64,000 nucleotides of DNA from assembly GCA_934233735.1 (NCBI GenBank), contig CAKQGQ010000005.1, forward strand, positions 24,778-88,777. Reading direction: 5' to 3'. This document shows, one piece after another, positions 1 through 9,800 of this stretch. The position numbers and the translations under genes were made by a program. Each line of letters starts with the position of its first letter. Positions within the stretch are counted from its first letter, which is position 1. This DNA is from an uncultured Clostridia bacterium. GTDB taxonomy: Bacteria > Bacillota > Clostridia > Peptostreptococcales > Anaerovoracaceae. The notes under the pieces are model-generated. The model saw only the letters and a list, made by a program, of their open reading frames with translations. It made no database searches and was not told the origin of the DNA.

Positions 1-1
1 T

Positions 2-865
2 TACAACGCAATCGCAGCGGACATTCAGCATCAGGATATCTCGCTTGTTCGCATGGCAGTTGAACATCTTATCGCAGTTGGCTTGATAGAAACTTATGAT
101 GGAGATGGCTTTTCTTACTTCAACTTTCCGCAAGTCGTTAATTCTTTTGCGAAATCTTCTACAGACGCAGACAGAAAAAGATTTGAATATAACAAAGAGA
201 AATCGCTTCCAAAGCCTGAGCAGAGGCAAATGGAAATGCGATTGCCGGAAGGCAAGGGCACAAGAAAGAATGTATTTCTTACGGAAGAGGAGTACCGGAC
301 ATTCTGCAGTGCTTATGAAGACGCAGAAAGAATCATTGATATCTATTCCATGCGAAAGGTGCCGGGCACATCCGAAGATTTTTCAGAGCTTTTTAAGATT
401 GCAAAAGTAATCGGCAGGGCAAAGCCGGGGCAAGAGGCGATTGAGAAAGTCTTAAAAGAGGCTGCAAATACCTATAGCGGTGTTTTCAAAAATGTGAGAC
501 TTTCCGAAGAGGAATGGAAAAAACTACAGCGGATGTATGCAGAGCCTGAAAAACTGGTGGATGTGGTTAGTCAACGAATTTACGCAAACCCGGAGAAAGA
601 CAGTGGACATCATTATGCATTCTGCCTGAAAATTGGTCGAGATGATAAATGGAAAACGCTCGGAGAAAAAATGAAAGAGGAGCAAATGCGGGCAGAGGAT
701 AAGAGACAAAATCAAACAAAAGAAATGCAGAAAATCTATCGCAGGTACCGGACAGAGGCAGAAGCAGGCTTCGATCCGCCAAAGGAAATCATCGAAACCT
801 TGGGAGAAGAAATCTATAGCGAACTAAAGGAAATTGCACAAGCAGCTTTTAAAAAGCAGCAATAA
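2..865 (+). CDS. Mobile-element protein, 5'-partial; possible replication-organizer/DnaD-like (weak)
   Basis: Frame is open from nt 2 to the stop at 865, so the gene starts before the window. It has a duplicated motif (NVFLTEEEY / NVRLSEEEW) and lies upstream of the parA-parB module. The product is not firmly recognised. Confidence 0.5.
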   Translation, partial: YNAIAADIQHQDISLVRMAVEHLIAVGLIETYDGDGFSYFNFPQVVNSFAKSSTDADRKRFEYNKEKSLPKPEQRQMEMRLPEGKGTRKNVFLTEEEYRTFCSAYEDAERIIDIYSMRKVPGTSEDFSELFKIAKVIGRAKPGQEAIEKVLKEAANTYSGVFKNVRLSEEEWKKLQRMYAEPEKLVDVVSQRIYANPEKDSGHHYAFCLKIGRDDKWKTLGEKMKEEQMRAEDKRQNQTKEMQKIYRRYRTEAEAGFDPPKEIIETLGEEIYSELKEIAQAAFKKQQ

Positions 866-890
866 AAAAGGACATGGGAGGCAGGATGTA

Positions 891-1340
891 ATGCCAAAGA
901 AAGCGGAGAAAGTAATACGAGGCTTTGAAGTCATAAAGCCGTTTCGCGAATGCGTAATCACCTACTTGGAAAGCTACCACGCACTATCGCGGGCATATGA
1001 AAGCTTTGCGAACATAGACGGTACAAAAAACAGCTGGTGTGAAAAAGTACTCTCCAAGGCGGCAATTGAACGGCACCTTTTTATGATAGAAGATGCGCTC
1101 GGACAAATCCCCGAAAAGTATCGAAATCCTGTAATGTATACCTTTGCAGGAGAAGCCTTGAGCACAGTCAGGATAGACATTGAATTTGAAATGGGAATGG
1201 ACTATGGAGATGTTATCGTTTTTCGCGAAAAGCTCATCTATTTTGTGGCGAAAAACTTAGGCTTTCCGGTATCCGAAAAGGGAGAAGAGTGGGAAATTGA
1301 AGTACAAAGTGATGGCGAAATTATAGTAGTCAGTGAATAA
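891..1340 (+). CDS. Hypothetical protein
   Basis: ATG at 891 is preceded by GGGAGG; the track ORF starts at 834. The gene is tightly packed with the next one. No recognised motif. Confidence 0.55.
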   Translation: MPKKAEKVIRGFEVIKPFRECVITYLESYHALSRAYESFANIDGTKNSWCEKVLSKAAIERHLFMIEDALGQIPEKYRNPVMYTFAGEALSTVRIDIEFEMGMDYGDVIVFREKLIYFVAKNLGFPVSEKGEEWEIEVQSDGEIIVVSE

Positions 1341-1355
1341 GAGGAGGACAGGACA

Positions 1356-2150
1356 ATGGCAAAAGTAATCGGAATTTGTAATTCAAAAGGCGGTGTAGGA
1401 AAAACAACTACAACCGATGCAATGGGAGCAGGGCTTGTGAAACTGGGAAAGAAAGTATTGATTGTGGATGCGGATGATAGTAACCCATCCTTATCAAAGG
1501 TACATGGTTTTTATGATGAACAAATGACCATCACAGATTTAATGCTTTTTACAAGCTGCGGCAGGCTTCGAAAAGAATTTTTAGATGAAATTATCAAGAC
1601 AACAGACGAAGGGGTTGACATCATTCCAAACGATGAAAAACTTCCGAATATCACAGCAGCACTCAATGCAAGCAAGGATGATGCGGTGCGGTTTGGAACG
1701 ATGAAGCAGATTATTGATATGCTGCGTGAACAGTATGATTACATACTGATTGATACAGCTCCGGCAACCAATACCATGACGCTGAATGTACTGGCGGCGG
1801 TTGACGAAGTGCTGATTGTCTCCCAGGCACAGGATATGGGTGATGCGGCAATAGAGGTACTGTTATCCAATGTGATTGAAACAAAGAAAACAAGAAATGC
1901 AGGAATTAAATTCAGCGGACTGCTTCTTACGATGGTATCAAACTTAAAAGGCAGTCAGAAAAAGGCACAAGAAATGACAGACAAGTTTACCGGATACGGC
2001 GTGAAAGTTTTTCAGTCCGTCATTCCAAGAGGCGGAAGCGCTGAAAAATTTTCCGAGAGCGGAAAGAGCATTTTGGGATACCGGCCGTTTTCTCCGGCTG
2101 CCAAAGCATACCGCTCCTTTGTCAGAGAATATTTAGAAAGCGAGGAATAA
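1356..2150 (+). CDS. parA: ParA/Soj-family partition ATPase
   Basis: N-terminal deviant Walker A (NSKGGVGKTTTT), Walker B-like ILIDTAP, and typical length (264 aa). GAGGAGG RBS upstream. Confidence 0.9.
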   Translation: MAKVIGICNSKGGVGKTTTTDAMGAGLVKLGKKVLIVDADDSNPSLSKVHGFYDEQMTITDLMLFTSCGRLRKEFLDEIIKTTDEGVDIIPNDEKLPNITAALNASKDDAVRFGTMKQIIDMLREQYDYILIDTAPATNTMTLNVLAAVDEVLIVSQAQDMGDAAIEVLLSNVIETKKTRNAGIKFSGLLLTMVSNLKGSQKKAQEMTDKFTGYGVKVFQSVIPRGGSAEKFSESGKSILGYRPFSPAAKAYRSFVREYLESEE

Positions 2151-2153
2151 GGC

Positions 2154-3200
2154 ATGAATGAAAATAAGATGTCAAGCCTGATGGCAGAAATGATGAGCCT
2201 TCAGGCAGAATGCGGAAAGGACAGTCTGCACGACGAGCTGTATGGGACGAAAAAAACGGAAGAGAAAAAAGAAGAGAAGAGCGGTTTTCAAATGCTGCCG
2301 CTTACCGACCTCATGCCGTACCACAGCGGAGACGGACATCCGTTTGAAGTCACAGAAGACGACGATATGAAAAGGCTTCGCGAAATCCTTTCGCAAGACG
2401 GCAAGGTACTGGAGCCAATCATCGTAAGACCGGAAAAAGAATTTCCCGGAAAGTATGAAATCATAGCCGGACATAGAAGAACAAAGCTGTCAAAGGAATT
2501 TGGGTGGGAAACCATTCCGGCAACCATTTGTCCGGATATGGATGAAGCAGACATCACAAAACTTATGATTGTCACCAATACGGAAGGCAGGAAAAATTTA
2601 AAGCCCTCCACGCTGGCAAGGGCATATAAGCAGTACCTTGAGGCAAATAAACGTGCAAAAGGCGGCGACCGCAAATCGCAGAATTTCAACGAAAATCAAT
2701 TTGTTCAAGTTGAACAAATTGATTCTACAATAAGCGCAGCATCTAAGAATTTCGGCGTGAGTATATCAAAAATTCAAAGATATGCTCGCCTGACCGAGCT
2801 TTGCGAGAGCCTGCTTGCGATGGTGGATGAGGACAAGCTGAAAATGGGCATCGGGGTAGAGCTTTCATATCTTTCGCCGGACATTCAGGAGATTATCTAC
2901 CGCATTATCACAAGGAAAAAGGTGAAGGTAAGCCTGGAGCAGGCGCAGGAGCTGCACCGCATGGCAAAAGAAGATACTCTTACAGACGACTTTGTTATAC
3001 AATATTTCAGAGAAGCTGCGGGCGAAAAGGAAAACGCTCCAAGACCTGTGAAGATCAATGAGAAGTCCATCACAAGACTTCTTCCGAAGACGCTGCAGGC
3101 AGCAGAAAATGAGAGAAAAGTAAAATACATTGAAGCTGCGTTTGCAAAGTATGAAGAGTATTTAAAGGAGCACCCGGAAGAAAGCGAAAGCTGGAATTAA
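2154..3200 (+). CDS. parB: ParB-like nuclease-domain protein
   Basis: ParB N-terminal box EPIIVRP...YEIIAGHRR, followed by an HTH-like region. It lies immediately downstream of parA. Confidence 0.8.
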   Translation: MNENKMSSLMAEMMSLQAECGKDSLHDELYGTKKTEEKKEEKSGFQMLPLTDLMPYHSGDGHPFEVTEDDDMKRLREILSQDGKVLEPIIVRPEKEFPGKYEIIAGHRRTKLSKEFGWETIPATICPDMDEADITKLMIVTNTEGRKNLKPSTLARAYKQYLEANKRAKGGDRKSQNFNENQFVQVEQIDSTISAASKNFGVSISKIQRYARLTELCESLLAMVDEDKLKMGIGVELSYLSPDIQEIIYRIITRKKVKVSLEQAQELHRMAKEDTLTDDFVIQYFREAAGEKENAPRPVKINEKSITRLLPKTLQAAENERKVKYIEAAFAKYEEYLKEHPEESESWN

Positions 3201-3327
3201 ACCGATAAGCGTTTTGCCTGTTTCACCATCCCTTCCGAAACAGACAAGGATACTTTATAAAAGCGGGGCGCAAGGTTTCTGCGCTCCGACTATCAAACGA
3301 TGAAATGCAATAGGAAAGGAGCAGGAC

Positions 3328-3681
3328 ATGGAACCAAGAAGAGAAATGAGCTGGACAATCAGCAATAACGAAGAAGAAATCAAGGATATTTGTTTTGAAG
3401 TATTTGACCCGGACGAGCCGTTTGCAAATGCCGATGATGCCGAAGGACAGGCATGGGAAAAAGTTGTGGAAATGGGCGGACTGGAAAAAGGCGAGCACTT
3501 CATCCTTTACTGCAACGGAAACGACACGCTTGCGGTAACCTCCATTTTAAAGGTCTGTATGCGGGAAGGAATCAACATCCGGCTGATGCACCGCACAAAG
3601 AATGGATGGATGGCGCAGGAGTTTGACATGGAGGAGCTGGGCAAAGCCGGAGCCGATGCCATGCTATGGGATGAATTTTGA
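3328..3681 (+). CDS. Hypothetical acidic protein
   Basis: ORF with AGGAAAGGAG RBS; no recognised motif. Confidence 0.55.
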   Translation: MEPRREMSWTISNNEEEIKDICFEVFDPDEPFANADDAEGQAWEKVVEMGGLEKGEHFILYCNGNDTLAVTSILKVCMREGINIRLMHRTKNGWMAQEFDMEELGKAGADAMLWDEF

Positions 3682-4492
3682 TATGGAAACCGTGGTAGAA
3701 ATCAAAATCTCGGATATTCGATTTTTCGGACAAAGCCGAAAAGACCATTATTTCAAATCACAGGAAGCAAAGATTACCGAACTTGCAGAGAGCATTGCGC
3801 GGGTTGGCATTTTGGAGCCGCTGATTGTCCGCAAGGACAAGAGCGGAAAAGCAAAGTATGAACTGATTGCCGGAGAAACAAGGCTAAAGGCTGCATTAAA
3901 AAACGGACTGGAAACGGTTCCGTGCATTATCCGGAATCTTGAGGATTTTGATGCCCGGCGGCAGTACAGTGATACGAACATCTACCGGGAGAGTATCAGC
4001 GTTATGGAAAAAGCCTATATGATTCGCAGTCAAAGAGAAAACTGGGAAGATATAAAGGCAGAGGAGATGGATGTAACGGAAAAACAGAAGATGAAATATA
4101 TCCGGCTTACGGAGCTGATTCCAATGATGCAGGAACTGATAGACAGCAGGCAGATTTCCGTTGATGCAGGAAGTCTTGCATCGGAACTTCCAAAGGAGAT
4201 TCAGAAACTGATTTACATAAACATCGCAGGGACGAAACGAATCCTGATGCCGCAGGCAGTCAAGGAATTAAGCAGCCTTTGCAGGAAGCGAAAGCTTACG
4301 CCCGATGATGTGGAAGAAGTCATTTTAAAGACGCAGCCGGATGTGAAGAAATGCGTTACCTACCGAGTTCCGAGAAGCACTTTGCGACGACTTCCGGAAG
4401 AGTACCGGAAAAAATCAAAATTCGAGGAAATCATTTTGCAGGTTTGCGAAATGCTGGCAGACGGAAGTTTAACACTTCCGAAAAGAAAATAG
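3671..4492 (+). CDS. Second ParB-like nuclease-domain protein
   Basis: ParB box LEPLIVRKDKSGKAKYELIAGETRLKAA. ATG at 3671 overlaps the upstream stop (alternative ATG at 3683); the track ORF start at 3602 is probably too long. Confidence 0.75.
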   Translation: MNFDMETVVEIKISDIRFFGQSRKDHYFKSQEAKITELAESIARVGILEPLIVRKDKSGKAKYELIAGETRLKAALKNGLETVPCIIRNLEDFDARRQYSDTNIYRESISVMEKAYMIRSQRENWEDIKAEEMDVTEKQKMKYIRLTELIPMMQELIDSRQISVDAGSLASELPKEIQKLIYINIAGTKRILMPQAVKELSSLCRKRKLTPDDVEEVILKTQPDVKKCVTYRVPRSTLRRLPEEYRKKSKFEEIILQVCEMLADGSLTLPKRK

Positions 4493-4505
4493 GAGGGAAA
4501 ATAAA

Positions 4506-4691
4506 ATGGGAATTGATAGGATTGTATTTGGCTTTTTTCGTAGTCACTTTCATGGTCTTCTTGTAGGTTTAATTGTGATGATACTTCTTTTGCTGATATC
4601 AAAAAAGTTAGGTGTTGATATTGCTAATGCACTGATGGCACTGATATTCTTATCGATTTTCGTTGGTGCAATAGGGACATTATTTATTTGA
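4506..4691 (+). CDS. Small membrane protein (two hydrophobic segments)
   Basis: 61-aa ORF with GGAGGG RBS and two hydrophobic stretches. Confidence 0.45.
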   Translation: MGIDRIVFGFFRSHFHGLLVGLIVMILLLLISKKLGVDIANALMALIFLSIFVGAIGTLFI

Positions 4692-4753
4692 TTTTGAGAA
4701 GCGCGCTTCCCAAAATCAAATAAAAAAATATTTTCAAAAAACGTATAAAAGTA

Positions 4754-4782
4754 CTGACAAGCCCCAAAAAAAGGTTTATTAT
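4754..4782 (+). promoter_or_regulatory. Candidate sigma70-type promoter for the HU gene (cTGACA-17-TATTAT)
   Basis: CTGACA at 4754-4759, a 17-nt spacer, and TATTAT at 4777-4782. It lies between two copies of a GAAGyGCGCTTCCC palindrome. Confidence 0.45.
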
Positions 4783-4925
4783 GATATTGTGCAAGAGGAG
4801 TTACAAATTCCCTGCCAATGTCCTGGCTTGCCGGCAAGTACGGCAAGCCTATTTTTATACCAAAACCGTAAGGGAAAAATGAAATCCGGGAAGTGCGCTT
4901 CCCGAAATCAAAAAGGAGAAGAAAA

Positions 4926-5204
4926 ATGACAAAGAATGAATTCATTGCTGCTGTTGCAGAAAAAACAGAATTAACAAAGAAGGATACAGAAATAACGCTG
5001 AATGCAATTTTGGATACGATTCAGGAAGCGCTTGCAAATGGCGAAAAGGTTCAGTTTACAGGATTTGGAAGTTTTGAAACGAAAGAGCGTGCAGCAAGAA
5101 CCGGAAGAAATCCAAGAAATCCGGAAGAAACCATTGAAATTCCAGCATCCAAGCAGCCGACTTTTAAGGCAGGGAAACTGCTTAAGGATGCGGTCAATCG
5201 TTAA
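4926..5204 (+). CDS. hup: HU/IHF-family DNA-binding protein
   Basis: [20 protein letters not shown]...[45 protein letters not shown] is a textbook HU sequence. ATG at 4926 follows AAAGGAG. Confidence 0.93.
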   Translation: MTKNEFIAAVAEKTELTKKDTEITLNAILDTIQEALANGEKVQFTGFGSFETKERAARTGRNPRNPEETIEIPASKQPTFKAGKLLKDAVNR

Positions 5205-5213
5205 GAGAAAGCA

Positions 5214-5242
5214 TTGACAGGAGCGAAGATTAGGAGTAAAAT
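5214..5242 (+). promoter_or_regulatory. Candidate sigma70 promoter (TTGACA-17-TAAAAT)
   Basis: Consensus -35 at 5214-5219, a 17-nt spacer, and TAAAAT at 5237-5242, about 55 nt upstream of the 5298 CDS. Confidence 0.6.
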
Positions 5243-5297
5243 AAATATGAACAAATGTTCGCAAGTGTAGTTCTGAAAGAGAAAGAGGAAAGAGATT

Positions 5298-6398
5298 ATG
5301 AAGAAATTATTCACAACCATACTTATTACAATGCTGACTTTCACAGCATCCACATTTGCCTATGCAGACGAAGTCACCGTATGCCCGGAGGAATCCCCAG
5401 CGGCAACCATCGCTGCAGCTCAGGCTGCGGTGAATATAAAAAATATAAAGCCGGAGCTGAAAGCAGCATCGTATTCCTACAACAAAGTTAAGCTGTCATG
5501 GGATGAAGTCAGCGGCGCAGGCGGATATGAAGTGTACCGCGCGACGAGCAAAACAGGCAAGTTTCAGAAAGTCGCTGCTATAGCAGCGGAAAAAACATCC
5601 TATATCAATACCGGGCTTACTTGCGGTAAGGCTTACTGGTATAAGCTCCGTGCATATCAAGTAAAGAGTGGCAAGAAAGTCTACTCAAAATATTCCGAAA
5701 TCAAGAGCACTTATCCGAAGCCGAGTAAGGTGAAGGCCGCAAGCGTAAAATTTTCAAATAGAGATTTTGTTGGATTTGAAATAAACTGGGCGAAAACTAC
5801 CGGAGCAGACGGCTATCAGCTGCAGTTTAAGCCCGGTAACGGAAAATGGAGTACCTACTACCGCGAATACAATAGCTTCACCAAACGATGGGAAAATACT
5901 TATCCGGATGAATATAAGGGTAAGAAAGAAAGATTCAATGTAAAATACATCGTGCTTGGGACTGAGGCAAGCTGGGCAACGGGTTACAGTGAAGATAGCT
6001 ACAGCTTCCGCGTCAGAGCATATAAGACGGTAAACGGAAAGAAAGTCTTTGGACTGTACTCAGAGCCGACCACCATCAAGCCTGTTTGGAAATCCGGAAA
6101 GGAGCTCCAAGATTTTGTGCATACTTGGGTAGACGAAAATTACCCAACCTACGACAGAGCAGAAGCTGAAGAGTATGCAAAACACGCGACCCCGGAAAAC
6201 GGAACGAGCTGGGGAACCACATGGACTTGGTACACAATAAACCAATATACAACGAAAGAAAACATTCTTAAATATTTCTGTGAAGGAACATTAAAATACT
6301 ATTTCGGTGCATGGTGGGGACTTGCAGAAGAAACAAGGGGCATTCTGTATACGCGTGACCTTGGCGATGGAACCTACCAAGTATGGTGGCTTGGATAA
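5298..6398 (+). CDS. Secreted protein with fibronectin type III-like repeats
   Basis: N-terminal signal peptide (MKKLFTTILITMLTFTASTFAYA). Fn3-like signature KLSWDEVSGAGGYEVYRA...YWYKLRAY plus a second similar module. Confidence 0.75.
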   Translation: MKKLFTTILITMLTFTASTFAYADEVTVCPEESPAATIAAAQAAVNIKNIKPELKAASYSYNKVKLSWDEVSGAGGYEVYRATSKTGKFQKVAAIAAEKTSYINTGLTCGKAYWYKLRAYQVKSGKKVYSKYSEIKSTYPKPSKVKAASVKFSNRDFVGFEINWAKTTGADGYQLQFKPGNGKWSTYYREYNSFTKRWENTYPDEYKGKKERFNVKYIVLGTEASWATGYSEDSYSFRVRAYKTVNGKKVFGLYSEPTTIKPVWKSGKELQDFVHTWVDENYPTYDRAEAEEYAKHATPENGTSWGTTWTWYTINQYTTKENILKYFCEGTLKYYFGAWWGLAEETRGILYTRDLGDGTYQVWWLG

Positions 6399-6487
6399 AG
6401 CACTTGCAGAAATGAAAAAAATAGAATAAACTAAGTTAGAATCAGGATTATCCGCTGGGCGGTTTCGTCACTTTCCGAAAGGAGGTG

Positions 6488-6583
6488 ATGCCTATGACAT
6501 ACATAACAGTAAGTGATTTACTCACCTATTCACTTGTATTGATAGGACTTGCGTCACTGATCGTTTCGATTAAACGCAAGTAA
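6488..6583 (+). CDS. 31-aa hydrophobic peptide, candidate type I toxin (holin-like toxin style)
   Basis: Translates as MPMTYITVSDLLTYSLVLIGLASLIVSIKRK: one TM helix with a basic C-terminus. Strong RBS GAAAGGAGGTG; the stop abuts a bidirectional terminator. It is below the ORF-track size cut-off. Confidence 0.5.
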   Translation: MPMTYITVSDLLTYSLVLIGLASLIVSIKRK

Positions 6584-6585
6584 AG

Positions 6586-6665
6586 GAAAAACCGCCAAAC
6601 AATGCGTTTGACGGTTTTCGTTAAAACTTTCGACGGAACCGCCGTGCAAAAAGCGGTAATCCTTT
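6586..6665 (-). ncRNA. Candidate ~80-nt antisense sRNA convergent on the toxin-like ORF (ends approximate)
   Basis: Predicted from the minus-strand promoter at 6672-6700 and the shared terminator at 6591-6619. Contains the internal hairpin ACCGC...GCGGT. Confidence 0.35.
6591..6619. terminator. Bidirectional intrinsic terminator hairpin
   Basis: ACCGcCAAA / TTTGaCGGT stem flanked by an A-run (6586-6590) and a T-run (6615-6618). Confidence 0.5.
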
Positions 6666-6671
6666 TTCTAT

Positions 6672-6700
6672 ATATTACACCACAATTTAAAAAATGTCAA
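6672..6700 (-). promoter_or_regulatory. Minus-strand sigma70 promoter (TTGACA-17-TAATAT)
   Basis: Reverse complement of 6695-6700 is TTGACA and of 6672-6677 is TAATAT, with exactly 17 nt between. There is no minus-strand CDS downstream. Confidence 0.5.
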
Positions 6701-6730
6701 ACAGCAGCAGAGCATTTCTGCTGTTTTTTT
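6699..6730 (+). terminator. Intrinsic terminator-like hairpin plus T-run upstream of the adhesin gene
   Basis: AAACAGCAG / CTGCTGTTT 9-bp stem followed by T7. Confidence 0.5.
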
Positions 6731-6826
6731 GTGCAGAAAACGGGAGGAAAGAAGAATGGGAAAAGCACGAGAGCCGACGAAAAGGAATCGAAACACAGAA
6801 AAATTACAGAGAGGAACAGAAAAAGC

Positions 6827-9800
6827 ATGATAAGAAAATGGGAAAAATCAAAGAAAGCTCTGACGCTGATTTTGGCATTTCTGATTGCCTTCACATATAT
6901 GCCATTCGGCATAGGCGTGGAGAAGGCGGACGCAACAAGCGGCGTTACCGGAAGCTTTAAAGAAGGCAGAGTGCTGGAGTCTGCAGACGGCAGCACATTT
7001 AAATACACCGGAAATGATGCCGGATGGATGCAGATCTACTTCGTTTCATATGAGGGACGAAGTGGTGGAAGCTTCAAGGTGGGTCCCGCAAAGGAAGTCA
7101 GCCCCATCCGTGCGTATCGGGTAAACGGAGATGTTGCCTACTGCCTCGAGCATGGCGTTATGGCGGACGAGACGGTAAAACTTACCGGAAAAGACAGGGA
7201 TAAAGCATTCCTTGAAGAAACATACCGAAAATCTGACTCAGGAAATTTAGAATACATTCTCAATAACATGAGCCTCTGCCTGTTGTACGGAAGACAGAGC
7301 GGCCGTTCAATCGGAATGCTGGAAAATACGCTGGGCTTTAAAGACAGCGACTACTACAAGAAAACGGCCTCAAGTTACAACTTAGACGATTGGGAAGTTG
7401 CAACCAGGCAGTTAATTCATGAAGCGCAGCAGCGTTTTCGTGATGATAAGTTTGATAAAAAATCTTCCAACGGACTGTACTTTGAGGATTACTGGTACAA
7501 GGGCGTGAGCAATCCGGGAAACGGAAACGGCAAGAAGATTTCCCAGAGTCATTACCGTAAGCCGCTGGAAGGCACCGGAGCAGTTGACATCTACGACTAT
7601 ATGGCAAGGCTCATTAAAGACCATCTGCAGCTATCCATGAAAATGGGTAGTTACGATTATAAAAAGCCAAAAGAATTAAAGCTTACACAAGGCGATGATG
7701 GCAAGTGGTACTCCAAAAAAATTCCGCTTACAAAGAAAGAAGCCATCGCTGTTAAGATGGTAAAGGATAACGGCGATGAATACAAGAATTATCACATCAA
7801 ACTTACACCGGAAGGCGGGAAATTTTACTATCAGTACATTATGGATTCCGAACCGAATTGGGATAAAACCTATACGGTGAAGAAACAAATCAGCTATTTT
7901 AAGCAGGTTCCGGATGATATGCTCATTTGGGAGTGCAAAGACGGCAAGGGCGGCCATGTGCAGGCTCTTGCGACGGGCTCGTGCGACCCGATTTCGCGTT
8001 ATGTCAAGTTTACAAAGACCCCGCCGCCGGTGCCAAGTGAGCCGCCGGAGCCGGAATACTTCCCGCAAATCCAAATCAATGTGGAAAAGGAAGATTTGAA
8101 CCCCGGCTGGGACGGCAATACGCATACCGGAATGGGCGATGCCAGTCTTGCTGCAACCTATGTCCTTTTAAGAGATGGCGTTGAAGTTGACCGCATTACT
8201 TTAGATGAATATGGAAACCGTCAGACCTTATCTGATACACCGTGGCCGGACGCGCTGGCATTAACCAAAACCGGAAGCGGCTCGACTGCGGTTCACATGG
8301 TAGGAAATCCACCGTCTGACCACTGCGGAACAGACGGACCGACAAGATATGACTGGGATGGCGAGGTAACCTACGAAGTAAAGGAAATTCGACCGGACGG
8401 CCGTTTCATTGAGCCGGACAGCGGCGAGCGCAGCATGACGGTGTCATACAATGCGTTTACGCGTGACACAAGAAGCTATGCGTGTCAGACGCCAAACTGG
8501 ACGGACATTGTCTATACGGTAAAGACCACGCAGACGGACGGTATCACATTCAGCGACCAAAACGGAACGATTGATTTTGTGGAAGATCCGATTTATGCGG
8601 ATGCGGATACCTTTATCAACGACTGCTACCGCGGAAAACTGACGCTGTCAAAATCGCTTGAGAATTCCGATGTTTTCTCGGAGAGAAAATCCGGAACCGT
8701 CGGAGGCGAAAAAGATTCAACAAAATCGAGATGGAAGATGAAGTTAAACTCCGGCGGCTGGGAAAGCCACCCGTACGTACGCTTCGTGCGGGAAGCTGAT
8801 TTAGCGGACGGGACATCCGTTTACCGCGTGGTAAGGGATACTTCAGGGGAAAATAACGAAACCACCGATATGGAAATCGGAACAAACGGCGATTTATATA
8901 TCTATGATATTCCGTACGGGGAATATACGCTGACGGAAGTTTCTGCAGACGATGAATCCTTCGTGAAGGAAAGCTGTCAGGTCAACATTCAGGAACACGA
9001 TAAGCCCTATACGGTGACAGATAAGAACGATGATAGATATGACTACAATGTGAGGGATAAAAAGAAAACCAACATCATTAAGGTTATCAAGACCAATGCA
9101 GAAACGGGAAAACAAGTGACTGCAGCCGGAACAAAATTCTATCTGCGCTACATGGGCGACCCGCTGCTTGCAGACCCGACAAAATCGAAGAATTACGGAC
9201 GGTTATTACCGAATGCCGAGGACATCACCAAAAAAGGCCCGTATACCTGGGAAGCGGATGAAAACGGTGAGATTACCATTCCGTATGAACTGGAGTGGGG
9301 AATCTACCGCCTTGAAGAGTGGCTGCTTCCGGAAGGATACTTTGCCGGCGAATACGGCGGAGGGGATACTGCCAAAAACCACGACTACGGAAAAGTGGAA
9401 GAAGGACAGCAAAAAGCACTCCTTGGGCATGCGTACAGCGATTTAGTCGGTGTTTATGATGCAGACGGAAAGAAAATCACCTACAAGGGAAAAGACAGCT
9501 ACAAGGTAAACGAAGTCTTTAACTTCTATACCTTTAAGGTTGAAAAGCAGGACGACCATGCGGACGGCAATTTTGCCCATAAGGTGACGGCAGATAAAGA
9601 CATCAGCAAGGCAGACGAGCAGTACGATTCTGCAGATTATCCGTACACGAATTACTATAAAGCCGTGGCAATGCCGAACAACATGGTGAAAGGCAAGATT
9701 GAAATTGCAAAACTCGGACAAATCCTTTCCGGCTTTAAAAAGGAAACGAAGCTCGGAAAGACCGTTTATACACCGATGTTTACCGGAACCTCAAAACTTG

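Noticed and set aside
6602-6826. N-terminal 75-codon extension of the adhesin ORF given by the track
   Set aside because: The extension spans a terminator hairpin and a minus-strand promoter, and it has no RBS. The ATG at 6827 gives a canonical signal peptide.
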